NCBI RefSeq assembly: GCF_006345805.1
Contig: NW_021832124.1
Location: 186,001-250,000, forward strand
Source: Octopus sinensis
Lineage: Eukaryota
Length of the DNA: 64,000 nucleotides
Direction of reading: 5' to 3'
Shown here: positions 25,725 through 38,104 of the stretch, one piece after another
How the letters are laid out: each line of letters opens with the position of its first letter
Numbering within the stretch: position 1 is the first letter of the stretch
The notes under the pieces: generated by a model
What the model saw: only the letters and a program-made list of their open reading frames with translations
Told to the model about the DNA's origin: nothing
Databases searched by the model: none
Position numbers and translations under genes: made by a program

Positions 25725-27809
25725 TCATAACTTATAAGAGAACGGGTGATTATTCTCCCTGCCCAACTCTGGATGAAGTGGAAATAAGTCCCCATCACAG
25801 TACCAGCCTTAAAACGACACTACTATTCTGTTTGTTTGAAACACGGAGAAACCTATGACTCATTAACGACGGTTTCAGTTTTCAGAAAATTAATTCTCAG
25901 TCTTATTGATCTGCACTCATTTGCTGTTCTATGTAACCGCATCTCTAAATCTCCAAATATGCGGAAATTGTTGAAATCAGGCTAATATATCGATATTCAT
26001 ACTAACTAATGACCAGATAAACTAGTCTTTCTAATTCCTTTAAGTTTTATCGTGGAAAAATATTCAGAATACATCAACAGAATCTTTATTTAAACAAACC
26101 CAAATTAGCTACCAAAAATCAAAGTTCTTGAGATGTGAGTTTTCCAAAAAAGTCTTGGTTTATTCCATCAGTCGACCATTCCACCAAAAAATTGGCGGTG
26201 TCCTCGTCAATAGTCGACTAGAATAAACAAACTACAGAATACGCCGTAGAGAATCGGATTTTTGCTGTTTTTTGGAGAGTAATAAAACGTCGGAAATCTA
26301 TCAAACACGTCAAAATGAATACTTGTAAATCGGGAATTGAGGAGGCACGTAGTTCTCAAATCCGTCCATTCTGGCAAAAACTAACGATTTTTCATTTTTG
26401 AACTGAAATGTAATAAGTCGGTACCATTTCTGCAAGTTTGACTAATTGTTTGTCCATTGATTTGCAGTAATTGCAGTCATCCGTCGTGTAGAACTCAATA
26501 AAGACGTCTTTGTCTTGATTAACGACCTGGTCAAATGTAGATCCTACCACATCCTCAAAATTAGTCAATCCCTCACTTGAATGTTCGGAAAAACATTCTT
26601 TTCCGGAATCGGCTGAGATTTTATGTTTGGAATGAGCTTCTCTGCATGGAACTGTTCGACAAAAGAAAGGAGAGCTTCAGTGGTCAACTCCGAGCCCTCA
26701 AATAAATATCTTTTGTCGAAGGAGGAATAAATGGCCACGACAAATTCTGTATCAACACGAGTACTGTTGTTATAAAAGGACTTGACTTCCGTGGAAAAGT
26801 CCCGCATGTCAGAAAACCCGCACATAATTTTTTTATTGAGTTGCTTCATTACTTGACGGATTCTAAAAGTAATTTGGCATTTTAACGTGTTAATTTTTTG
26901 GTTTAAATCAAAATTTTCAGACTCAATCTGAAAATAGGCAACCAAAAATGGGTGAACGAACAATTGCTTGTTTTTTTCAGTCCTGTGCCCGCATGTTCCC
27001 AACCTAAAAAATCCAAACCATGCCTACATTTGATGCACAATCCAATTCGCCAGCGTAGTTTCGTTGGTCAGTAAAGAGAATCCCGTCCAATTTGAATCAA
27101 ACTGATTAGTGTGTATGCCTCTGTACAGAACGACTTGTCTACCAAACTGGAATCAATATTCGTACCCATCTTTTTCTGACAAGGCGCACACTTCCGGGTT
27201 TTCTGACCAATAGAAATGTGCAAATTGGGCTAATTGAAATGCAACGTTGTCAAATTCGAATTTCAAGGAATTTCCTGAACATAAATATGCTAAAAATTCA
27301 TTTCATATTAAGAACCAAAAACTCGGAGTTTTGGGGACTCGCGGACATGTTTGTACTCTTCAACTGTGGCAATTTGCTTAGAATAGTGCTCATAGTGTCC
27401 TCTGATCCAATTTAGAGATTTTTCGAAAGTTGAAGGTTCGTTGTCGAGTCCAATAATGTTGCCATTTTTCAAAAATACGAGGGCGGGGAACATTTTTATC
27501 TGCAATAGCTCACAGAGACTGTTGTTCTTGGTACAGTCGTGCTACATTAGACTAAGAGAAACAAACCCAATATAGATTCAGATTAAGTGATTCTGATTTG
27601 GCTGTTTGTTCGACTTTTTTAAAAACGTTTTTGTACAAAATAGACTTTCCAGACCTCCTATAAGAGTTGTGGTTGGTCTACCATTCAGTGTAAAACATGA
27701 TGACTGTCTGCGATTTGTCTTTCAATAGGGAATCATAATCCTCATGCCTTAAGTGGAAGAGAGAAATGGTTGACAGAATTAAGAAATTAGTAATCAAAAT
27801 CAGCCCCAT
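25725..27809 (-). CDS. Protein disulfide isomerase family, multi-thioredoxin protein with atypical active sites
   Basis: Signal peptide MGLILITNFLIL..., b'-like FEGSELTTEALLSFVEQFHAEKLIPNIKSQPIPEKN, a'-like VVGSTFDQVVNQDKDVFIEFYTTDDCNYCK. The 3' end is approximate. Confidence 0.7.
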
Positions 27810-27998
27810 TATTTAATTGTGTTATAAAAGTGTGTTATTTCTTTAAACTGATTTTTATTAAATATATTTTAACATATCAGTTTAATTTTCCTAAATTGAA
27901 ATAATATGAAACTCAAGTCCAATTCTTTCTTAAAGTATCGAATTGCGAAAGAAAAGAATCGTGAATGAATAATATAAAAAACGGCACAAAAACGTGAA

Positions 27999-28535
27999 AT
28001 GATGAACCAAAATTGTTGGGAGCAGTACTGTGAGGACTCCAAATATTACCCACCTATTGAAGACACTTGTTCTGGAGATTCCTTTTTTACTGCTTCTAAT
28101 AATCCGATTCTCTACTCTGAGCAGTCTTACAACGGGTACTACGTGGAAACTGATTCTCCTTATTTTTATAACCTACAGGATACCCCAATCGAATACTCCG
28201 TAAAAATCTACGACATGAAGCCGGAAATCCCTTCATACAAATCTTTTGCTTTGGAAAGTCTGGTGGAGACAACCAAATGCAATAAAATACGACGAAATAA
28301 AAAGAAATTTGAGATGTTAAACGAAACCGAAAAACAGGAATTCCGACGACACCAAAACAGACTGGCGGCCAAACGTTGCCGTCAGAAAAAATTTGACAGA
28401 ATTGCTCAATTAGAGGAACAAATTAAGGCTGTGGACTATCAAATATGTCAACTAGACGAACGATTAAAGTCGGAAGAATTCACTTCAGAACATTTATTGG
28501 GTGACTTGTATTTGGTTTATTCGAATAAAAAGTAG
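27999..28535 (+). CDS. bZIP transcription factor (AP-1/Fos/ATF3-like), intronless
   Basis: Basic region RRHQNRLAAKRCRQKK followed by a heptad zipper (L-EEQIKA-V-DYQICQ-L-DERLKS). Confidence 0.88.
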   Translation: MMNQNCWEQYCEDSKYYPPIEDTCSGDSFFTASNNPILYSEQSYNGYYVETDSPYFYNLQDTPIEYSVKIYDMKPEIPSYKSFALESLVETTKCNKIRRNKKKFEMLNETEKQEFRRHQNRLAAKRCRQKKFDRIAQLEEQIKAVDYQICQLDERLKSEEFTSEHLLGDLYLVYSNKK

Positions 28536-28728
28536 ATTTTATCATATTTTATGTTAGTTGGAATGGCAATCTGACCTCATAAACGAGAGCAATTAGTGTG
28601 AATGTTCAATTTTAATTAAAAATAAAATGTCCGGAATTAACTGGTTGTAGTCTGCCTAAATCAGACAAGCTAGAATAAGTTTTGGTTTTTAATCTCCATC
28701 ATATTAATTAAAATTAATTATACTTTAT

Positions 28729-29055
28729 ATCCGCAGAATTTTATATCCGTATTTATATTGTTTGCAAAGACGCAAATTATGGCAATTTTTGCAAATTTAC
28801 TTCTTTTTTATTAAAACGGCATCAATTCCTGTTTAAGTGTTTACTCGTAATTATTAAATATAAATGTATTTATACATGCTCCTTATCCACCCAAGCTTAA
28901 TCAACTCTTTTTGGACACCTTAAGTTAATTTTTTGAGATTCAAACTTGTTTTCCTACTTAGTAGGTTGATCTCTTTATGTGGGTGAATGTGAAAAAAGCA
29001 CATGACTTTAATATGTGCACGTGTGGGATTAGAGGAGACTAGGATGGTTCAGAAG
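28729..29055 (-). repeat. Promoter-only remnant of the ETS repeat (no ETS ORF)
   Basis: Aligns to 9770-10207, including TATAAATA, GCAAAAATTGCC, AATCAACTCTTTTTGGACACC and GGACTAGGATGG. Confidence 0.8.
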
Positions 29056-30020
29056 ATCGTCTGGTATTGTACACGTGTGGGATTAGAGGGGTATGTTGTA
29101 TGAACAGACTCAGTTCAAACGGGTTGAATCTGTTTGGCCTACTTAATTTTTAAGTATTGCGTGAATCAATTGGGTCTCTTTCTATCCAATAAAATTCATC
29201 TTATAAATTATATCTTAACTTGGGCGAAAGCTGACTTTTAAAACAGTGTTTATTGAGCTTTTGAATGTCACATAAACGTGAATTATAAATTTCAATTACT
29301 CGGTGGTTTAATTATTGTCGCCCGGTTTAAGGATTGTCACTTTCTTCGCTAGAAAAAGTTGGTTATGTAACAATTCTCCACATTAATTACTATTAAGAAA
29401 CAAAAAAAAGTGACACTTCAAGAAGCAATTCAAAATTTAAGATTTTTCTTTTCAATCACCTATCTCGACATCAAATTAGTAAATTTTAAAACAATGTATA
29501 AAAAACGAAAAAAATATTTATTTGCTGCACAGACTTAATAATGTGATAGACTACATATATCCTATTTATAATCTTCATATTCTCAGTTGTCCGATCCTAT
29601 ATTCTTCTCAATAATGTGATGCTGACCACTTTTGAAAATTATGTATGACTTTATACCTTTTGTGAATCCTGCTGATGTGATGTCGGGCTTTGATCAGTTG
29701 GATCGCTAAAGGAACATGCGGGTAAATTCATTGGAGGCCGTAATCTCCTGACCTAGTTAGTTTAACTTTTCTTCCGGTAGTTTTTGGGTTAAATTTAAAC
29801 ATGATTCATAAAAGTAATCAATCATAAAGTTAATAAATGTGCCATTAATTAATCTTACAAGCTGTACTAGACGGCATCTGTCTGATTGAAATTATTAACG
29901 AAAATTTATTGGAGACTAGTTAATTATATCAAGTATTAATTAACTATGAAATAGGTCAATGATTATCCAGTATAATAAAAACACTGAAATAAAGTTTATT
30001 CGAATTATTTCCGAATATTC

Positions 30021-30570
30021 ATGCTCAACATGATCATTTCAGCCACACTGTTGGAGGCAGGGATGGTATCAGGCATAATCAGTTAAAGGTGCAGTCTTCC
30101 GGGGAGACGCGCTGTCGGTGTGCTTGCCTAACGATGACACAAATGTCGATGCACACAATGTATTACACCAGCACAGACCTGAATGTTACAAATTGGTTTG
30201 TTAATGTTTTATAAGCATAGTTTTTGTGAAAATGTTCTCAAATATGTCTCACCTTCATTCTGTGCTAACTGTCAATGCAAATTCGAGCATCGGGACACAC
30301 TGCTCATCAAAGTGACCCAATTTCCTAATTTAAGGGAGCAAATGGCTTCTTTCTGTTGGGATTGTTGATCATCGTGTCATACATGATCTACAAGTTCGCC
30401 GAAATGACATATAAAAAGCAGATGCACTCAGAGGATGAAGATTTGTTACAGGGAAGAGTATGTGGACTATTTTAGACAGAATTAATCGAACCCGGATATA
30501 ACATAATTAACCAGGAAGGAGCAAGTGGGAAGAAATGGTTTAAAAAGTCATATAATATTTTTAATAATAC
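30021..30570 (+). CDS. TMEM9: TMEM9-family membrane protein
   Basis: Spliced: signal peptide, ETRCRCAC, N(C)|FCENV...FCANCQCKFEHRDTLLIK|, then a TM helix GFFLLGLLIIVSYMIY. The Cys pattern matches TMEM9. The 3' exon structure is uncertain. Confidence 0.7.
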
Positions 30571-31080
30571 TAACTAATCTATCATTTTATTAATTTTACA
30601 CAAATTACTTTTTCTTTTTTGCCATCTTAGACCGACTTTTTTGAAATCGGGAGGATCATTAGTCCTTACCTGCTGGAACACGACATTGTTCGGAAATGGG
30701 GCACAGATTTTCCAAAAAATTCAATCCAAAAATTTTATTTGAATTCTCAGATAAGCATTAATATTGTCAAATGCAGTGTTTATATTCTCCGGATGATTTT
30801 GAGAATGGACGACATTGAAATATTGTTATGGCATTGACAGCATTTTCTAAATCGCAGAAAAACGGCTCAAAGTCATTTTTGGATATTTTTATTCGTGTTG
30901 TCAGAAAGGGAGACTTTAAAAGGGCACATGTGAATACTACGCGCGAGATGTTTGAGGATTTTAACTTGACAAAAATGATATAAAAATCAAATTAATCTTA
31001 AATTTTTTTATATTTTATTATTTGTTAAATTCAAGATTAATTTTAATAGACAACAAAACATTTTCATTCTTGTGGTTACT

Positions 31081-31555
31081 ATGAACACTCGAAAAGTTGA
31101 CAATTAATTAATCCGAATTATTAGGTAAGCGAAATGTTTATGACATTCGGAAACGTTGCCACAAAAATGGCAGAATTAACAGTACTGTTGGACTACTCTC
31201 CCGAGGATTTGACGATTGCGTTAGTTCATAGTCCATAATGTACCCAACAGACAAGACAGGTGGCCAGAAGAAGAAAAAAGTCGACTTTTAGACGCCGTGA
31301 CTAAATTCCACGGAGACATCAACAAGATAATGGAAGTGTTTAGTCACCGTTCAATGTAGATTTACTTTCTTACCAAAGTCGACAAGTCACCAACCAAATG
31401 AGGAAACTAAATCCGAGGATTGGTTCACACTCAGGGTCCTCCGCACGTGACTTTGAGAACTTTCAAGCCTCCGTGGCCGAGACTCCCCGTATAGTCAATT
31501 CCTTCAATTTTTAGGTCGAATGGAGGAGTCTTCTATGAATGATGACTATGATTGA
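31081..31555 (+). CDS. BAP18: Chromatin complexes subunit BAP18-like SANT protein
   Basis: MNTRK|VSEMFMTFGNVATKMAELTVLL...A|QDRWPEEEKSRLLDAVTKFHGDINKI...RS(I)|RQV aligns to BAP18 TKVGEIF...TKLGELTMQL...KWTETE..LRAAVKRFGDDLNHI. Confidence 0.75.
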
Positions 31556-31644
31556 TTTTGCTATTTGTGACTTTTCTTTTTAATTAGATATTTATTTTAA
31601 GATTTATTTAATAATTATTTATTTAATAATTATTAAATATTTTT

Positions 31645-32512
31645 ATGAGTAAGAGTGACGAGGTGAGGTTACGGGAAATATATAAGCGGTGTTTAAAACA
31701 TGCCTTTCTCTGTATGGATACTTATCAGTGTCCTCCGCCTTCTGGCGATTTGGAATTCCTTTTGTCCCTCACTTCTTCCTCTCGACTGTTCAAAGGGTAT
31801 ATTCACATCACATTTCAGCGGAAACAAAGCTGATTTGAAAGAATCGAACGAATTGATAGCCCGACTGTTCAAAATATTCAACGACATGATTTTTTGCAAT
31901 AAACTTGACTGCCGAGTGGAATTAAATCCCCGCCTCCTCAAGACAGGTGGAAGGACATACCTGACCAAGGACTGTCGAATCGAGTTGTCCCCCAAAGTGT
32001 GTGACCGGCCTTGTTTGTGACCCTTCTATTTACTCTAGCCAGAATAAGGGACACGCTTATCCACGAAATGTGTCATGCGGCTGTGTGGATCATCGACGGA
32101 GTAAGAGGGGGGCATGGTCCTCTCTGGAAGGCTTGGTTTGTTTCATTTCTTATTAACTAGGACTGCTAAAGTGGCCAAAATGTGCCCAGATCTGCCAAAA
32201 ATAGAACGCTGTCACAATTATGGACTCAAATACAAATATTTGTACAAATGTGAGGTCTGTTCTGATCGACACTTCCGCCATTCCCGAATGAGGCACGACG
32301 GTTGTGACTGTGGTGGCAAAATAGTCAGAATCTCGTCCAAAGGCGAGCTGATTCCGTCTCGTCCAGTCACTCCTTTCGCCAAGTTCGTGGGGGACAATTT
32401 CGCGGATGTAAGACGACAGAATCCCCACTCTGCCCACTCAGACATTATGGCTACACTCGGAAAGGCTTTTTCGGACAGTCTCAGTCTTTCGGAGACACCC
32501 AAGAAGGCCTAA
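31645..32512 (+). CDS. GCNA: GCNA/ACRC-like SprT metalloprotease with zinc finger and HMG-like tail
   Basis: LNPRLLKTGGR, IELSPKVCD, LIHEMCHAAVWIIDG..GGHGPLWK (HExxH), CHNY...YKCEVC, RHSR, TPFAKFV...IMATLGKAF. Confidence 0.85.
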
Positions 32513-33112
32513 TAGGACTCTCCCTCCCAGTGTCAAAATAAAGTGATTTTGTATTAGGCGTGTGTCAATATTGAGCGACATGCGAATATTTCCATGTAAA
32601 CACAGAGTAGTATAAGACGAGGCGTGACAGCCGTAAAGTTTATCTCAAATATGCAGCGGTTTTGCGTATGATTGCTTAAGACGACAAGGCCGTTTATATA
32701 TGTTTGTCCCGACTTGAATGTCGTCGAATATTCCTCGATTTGTTCATAGAAAAAACACTTTTGATAGCAATGACAAAAAACCAGTTCAATCATACTCTCC
32801 CAAGGCCACGCTCGGACGACTCAACTCACCGAAACCCCTCCAATCGGTTTTCGGCTTATTCCTATTAAACTAGAAATCCATGTCGGGCCTTCTGTAGGGA
32901 TTCATGTTAATGTGGCAGGAACGAGTTGCGACTTATAGACAGGCAGCCTGTTTTCTCCAGAGACGGCCTCAAGTAATGTTTGGCGCATGTTCTTAGCTCT
33001 CTCACTTCCCGAGGGACGCCTAAATCCAGAGTTCAGTCTGCAGTGGGATTAGAAGAACAATTCAAACAACTCGAAAGGGAAAACCGCGACTTACAAAAAG
33101 AGCTCGAAAATA

Positions 33113-35097
33113 ATGTTTTGTTTCAAAAATCGAATCGCAGAAAGATGTGCTGAAAACTCTGAACAAAATGCTCTCGACCCTGACAACCCAGTTGGAGGAG
33201 TCCACCAAATCTGTCGACAAAAAAGTACCCCACTCGGAACCACACAGGAACGACAAATTCGAGAACTCGGGACATGTCTCAAGTTGATGACTACGCCGCT
33301 CAAAAAAAGTAAATTTTTAAATTTATGTTCGGAAACACGCCAAGTGCAATCTCTGAGCAACCTCAATCATTCAAACGTTCGAACAGAAAGAGAAGCGTCC
33401 AGAAAGAATAAAGTTTAAATTTTGTTTTATTCCAAGATTCGGTCGTCTTTCAAAAACGTTTTTGCGTTTAATCGAGGACCAAAAACGTCCGAGCCGTCAG
33501 CGGAGGTCAGAAACGAGCTCGAGTCAGCGCATTTGTTTCTAAAATTGCAGGTCGAAGAGTTATGTGGCGGATATAAACGAATTGTGCCAACTTTTACGAG
33601 AAAAGGAGTTGTATGTCGCAGATTTGCAACTTGAAATTGTCAGTCAAAAAAATTATATAAAAAATTTGGAAAAACGGCTCGACACTGTGGAAAAGACGCA
33701 TCGAACGGAAATGATTTCGAGGCGGAAATCAAGTGATTGCATAAATTACATCAACGACACAAAAAACGGTAACTCTGAACAAAAAATAATGCCCAAGCAA
33801 ATTTGAGTGATTCGTTGGATTCCGCGGAAATCATGATTTCGTTGTACGTGCTCACAAATAACAAAATTAAAAAAGTATTTAATTGGTTCACTTCCAGAGC
33901 TTTGTTGGGAATCTATTACTCAGTCACAACGTAAAATGGTGTGCCCTGCTGGTCAGCGTAAAGAAGGTCTTCAAGGCATGGAGCAGTCACTCACCCATAG
34001 AACTACCTCAACTCGATGGACTCGAATGTGGGACTCAGTCTCGAGAGCGTCTCCTCCCTCGTCGTGGGAAAGAAACTGTGGTCGAACGGTACCCCTGCAT
34101 TTTCGATTGGCAGAGCAGGGGGAACTAGCCGACCCTCCATGTGCCTTTCTGAGGGGGTATTGTGATCGGATATACATACTACTCAAAGGCAAACAAACTG
34201 GTTGAGTTGCAGGGGCCAAGAAAGGGGGCTTTGATGAACTGGCTTTTGACTTGCTCGTTTCCAAGTCGCTTCTTTCGCGATATATGAGCGATGTTATGAC
34301 TAAAAAGAGACTCATTCTTTGTGGAATTCGACTGAGTGGAAAATTCCAAATAGTCCGCCGTCTGGCCGAGCATTTCAGAGACAATTCAAAGTTTGTTTTT
34401 TGCAGTTTTCGTAGTTCGACCAACGTGGAAATCCGACAAATTTATACTTCCCCGGAAACAAGTCTTGCAATGTCACTCAACTCCATCATCGACAACCTGA
34501 GGACTCCCTGGACCATCATTCTAATAAAAAACGTGGACATGTCGAAGGAAGAGAACGTTAGTCAGCCAATCCGCAAGTTCTTTAGCAGAATCCGTAACTC
34601 CAAGTGGCATTCTCGTGTGACCTGTATAGTGTGCTCATTCTGGGTACCTGTCGCAAACACGGAAAACTGGTTAAACAACTGGAATTGGAGTACAACTTTA
34701 AAATCCACCACCTGACCTCACACATGGAACCCCTGGTCAATATTCTCCCGCGGGTGGTCTTCCGTGAAAGTATCAACTCGGAGAATTCCATGAAAAACTG
34801 CGGAAGAAACCGACAAGTTGCGACTTTTTTGGACTCGACGTGGAAATACATTGAAGAATTGATTGAGTCACACGGAAACGGGAGGCGGTGATCGGTCCCT
34901 TTTTATTTGTTGATATCCCCTATGGCGGGAACGTGGGTGATTGGTTTGTCCGTAAATGGAACGACAGAATAATCCCGCTGTTGAGACAAGCTCTCCACTC
35001 CACGCCCTCGACGGAACCCTTCGAGTGGGTCATGGAACGGATTCCGTGGAAAGTGACTCGACTGTTGATTAACAGACTTGGCAATATTCACAAATAG
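33113..35097 (+). CDS. NAV: Neuron navigator/unc-53-like AAA protein (C-terminal half only)
   Basis: IRSSFKNVF motif, coiled coil, RLILCGIRLSGKFQIVRRLAEH (degenerate P-loop), WTIILIKNV, YNFKI...HMEP, IGPFLFVDIP...WFVRKWNDRIIPLL...EPFEWVMERIPW. Start is approximate. Confidence 0.75.
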
Positions 35098-35469
35098 TCT
35101 GTTTTATTCTCCTTTTAACTGAATTTAATCAAAATATAGTCAAATCAAACACAACTAAAAAAGCAATTTTTTAACTGGAATCAAGTCTTGTCAACGTTGC
35201 CCATCCGTGAGTCCTTCCGGAACGACATAGTTGCAAAAAGGGGATATCCTACCTTCTCTCTCACATTACTAATAAAAACTCTTCATCGGCGATGAGAATC
35301 ATCTCCCACCTCCATCTCTTTGCATACAGAAAAAACTGTAATGAGATGTGTGCTTAAAAACATTTGATATATTACTTTAAACGGAGTAGTTTTTAATCTG
35401 TTAGACTTTTTTATTAAAATGTCGAAATGCATATAAATATCACATTAATACAAAGAAACTAATTAATTG

Positions 35470-35870
35470 TTTAACTAAGTCCCAAGCTTTTGAAGTGAAC
35501 AGGGAGTGGCCCTTTTTCCTCCTCCTCTTCTCTGGCTCTGTAGACCTCCGAGGATATGCAGTCCAGCGCTCATCGCTGACTAAATGTCAGGAAAAGACTG
35601 GAACCCCAAAGACTGAGGGAACAGTTTAATATCGACTATGAATATGAGATGGTTAGTGCTATAACACTTTTCATTATGCTCGATCGACATTTGTTCTCTG
35701 CTTAGCAGTTCTAGGCACACGACAAACAGCAATATGCTGTCGCTATGTAATGTGCTCCTCTCTAGCATTTGTTGTAGTGTAAATGCACATTGAATCTGTC
35801 CATCACAGTTGCAACAAATTTTATAAACCACAAAGAAGTCTTCCCAGGCACTCTACGGAGTAGGCATGGT
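35470..35870 (-). mobile_element. R4/Dong-like RLE retrotransposon fragments (RT piece plus 3' end)
   Basis: LERSTLHSDSILLFVVCLELLS (degenerate RGILQGDSxSxLLFVLCLEPLS). The 3' end sequence is shared with 43129-43260 and 45070-45130. Confidence 0.7.
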
Positions 35871-36037
35871 CAACATTTGCCTTTTTCATATCCACCCACA
35901 TCGACTAGATCAAACTAGTAAGTTGGTAAAAAAATTTTAATCCCTAGAAAATATTGTGTTAAGGTGTCCAAAACAGCTGACTATCTATTGATCAGATCTC
36001 AACAGTAATATACGCGGGACAATGTGCCTATCAAGAA

Positions 36038-37905
36038 ATGACAAAGAATGTCAGGCCAACCAACGACTTGAAGGTCAATATGAAGAAAAAAGTTAAGGAC
36101 TGGAAGAAAAAATTGGAACTTATTCGAAAGCACTTTGAGCTTAGAGTTACATGTGATAAGAAAAATATCACCTATGATATTCTCAGTTCGCTAAGCTACA
36201 AAAAATCAAAAAAGGGAGAGAAAGAAAGAATTATGTCGCATATCGAAGACACTATAAAAATATTAGAAAAGAAAATTACTGTGTATGAGTTCAGAAGGGA
36301 ATTCAACCACGACAACCGCTTTCGAATTATATAAAAAAGCGTTCTACAGATCTTTGGACCCTGCTGATCATTTATCATCTAGCATGTTTAACCCAGATGA
36401 GTGTTTTAATTTTTGGAAATATATTTGGTCTAAAAGAACCAATACCTGTCAAAATGAGAAAATGAACTTGCCAGTCAGACAAACTGGGCAGAATCTGATA
36501 TATGCTCTATTAGTCAAGAACTTTTCGAAGATGTTATAAAATATCTTCCAAATTGGAGATCCTGTGGCTGCGAAGGGGTGTATAATTTTTTATTAAACAT
36601 TTCGAATCTTTACCTCTGTATATCTATACTGAAATCTTAAAAAATGGTAAAGAAGAGTACATACCTAACAATTAGTTTAACACTGGGATTACTTACCTCA
36701 TCCCAAAGAAGCCTAACTCGAATTTGCAAAAAGACCTCAGACCCATAACATGCATGCCAAACCTGTATAAAGTTCTCACTAAATGCGTAAATATAAAATT
36801 AACGGATTATTTGGAATATTATTCGCTTGTTTCAGGCCTTGATTAGCAAGAGTATAAACTTGGCCTAAGGAAACAATCTGTTTACATCCTTGATAGATGT
36901 GAAGAAAGCTTTTGATCGTGTGGATCATAACTTTTTTATTACGTGTTGGACTGCTCCGGGCTACTAACTTGGATTACCAGGTTCGTAATGACCTAAAAAT
37001 TTTGGCGGAAAAACAAGAAACGATATCTATGATGATAAATGACATCGACATATTTTTTGCTGATATTGGCCTTGAAAGAAATCTAGAAAAATCTGCCACA
37101 AATTGTACAACTCTTGCTAATAAAGAGACTATACTGTACGGAATTGACGGATACCAATATTTGGGAGTCTTAGAGACAAGTCAAATAAAATCATGAAGAA
37201 TGAGATGATGGAAAAAATAAGTGCAGAGATCAAAGCACGTATAAAGAGACTAACAGGCACGAAACTGAATGGTATTAATCTTTTTAATTTACAATTATTA
37301 CATTGGATTGATAGACATAAAACCTGATGAGTTTGAAGTAATTGACAGAGAAATTCGTCTACAACTTAATTCATATCACATACACTTGAGACCTGCAAAT
37401 TGTCAGAGACTATATCTCCCTCGTACATACCTTGGAAAAGGATTGGAATCAATATCGATGAAGAGCGAAAGAATGCTACTGGAATTCTATACTGACATAA
37501 AAAAATCGGTAGGCTTTCTAAGAAAGGCTGGTATTCTGCGGACTGAAAATTTAATGAAAACCCATTTGGACACCATCGCAGACTACTTAAAGCATAAACA
37601 GACCAAATATAACAATGAAATCAACATAAAAAATTTAAAGGAAATTCAACTCAAATACCTTCTTGATATTATCGAAAAGTTTACATTCATCACTTTACAA
37701 ATGCAACAAACATTCATTCCGATATTAAAGGATCTTCTTTGTGGTTGCAGGAAGGCAATATATGCCCAAGTAGTGAGAGTCTATATTGCTTGCTGCAAGA
37801 TATAAATCTGTTCTTTCAGAACGAGATGTAAATTGTCCAGAAAAACTCCACAAATACGACCTACTTGCAAGTGACATCGGACTGTTACATAGTGCCAAAG
37901 TACAA
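36038..37905 (+). mobile_element. Decayed R4/Dong/NeSL-like RLE non-LTR retrotransposon, cut by a Helitron at its 3' side
   Basis: FNFWKYIW, YLIPKK...DLRPITCMPNLYKVLTK, DVKKAFDRVDH, YQYLGVLE, RLYLPRTYLGKGL, EKLHKYDLLASDIGLLHSAKV. Confidence 0.85.
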
Positions 37906-37926
37906 TCTTAATAATAAAATGGTATG

Positions 37927-37976
37927 GTGTGTGTCTGTGTCTGTCTGTCTGTGTGTGGTCTGTCTGTCTGTCTGTG
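37927..37976. repeat. (GTCT/GT)n microsatellite in the Helitron 5' region
   Basis: gtgtgtgtctgtgtctgtctgtctgtgtgtggtctgtctgtctgtctgtg directly visible. Confidence 0.9.
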
Positions 37977-38104
37977 CACACCCACATTCAAATTGTTACA
38001 AACCAGATCAAATTGTCAAAACCTTCCCTTTTGTAGTTATTCGATAATGAGGCACAATAAAAGGTTGATATCCTCTAAGAACCTTCCTGTCAAAAAATTT
38101 TAAT

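Noticed and set aside
29400-29760. Possible Penelope/RT remnant (ITYLDIKL-like)
   Set aside because: The match is too short and degenerate to support a call.
30440-30580. Possible TAA-to-Gln stop reassignment at the TMEM9-like 3' end
   Set aside because: TAA, TAG and TGA all terminate well-conserved genes at expected positions (RPL8 TAA, COA4 TAG, NAXE TGA). Unresolved splicing or an indel explains the region.
32554-33060. Possible small gene on the minus strand (ORF 32554-32793)
   Set aside because: It may be real, but no family motif was recognised and no consistent spliced model could be built.
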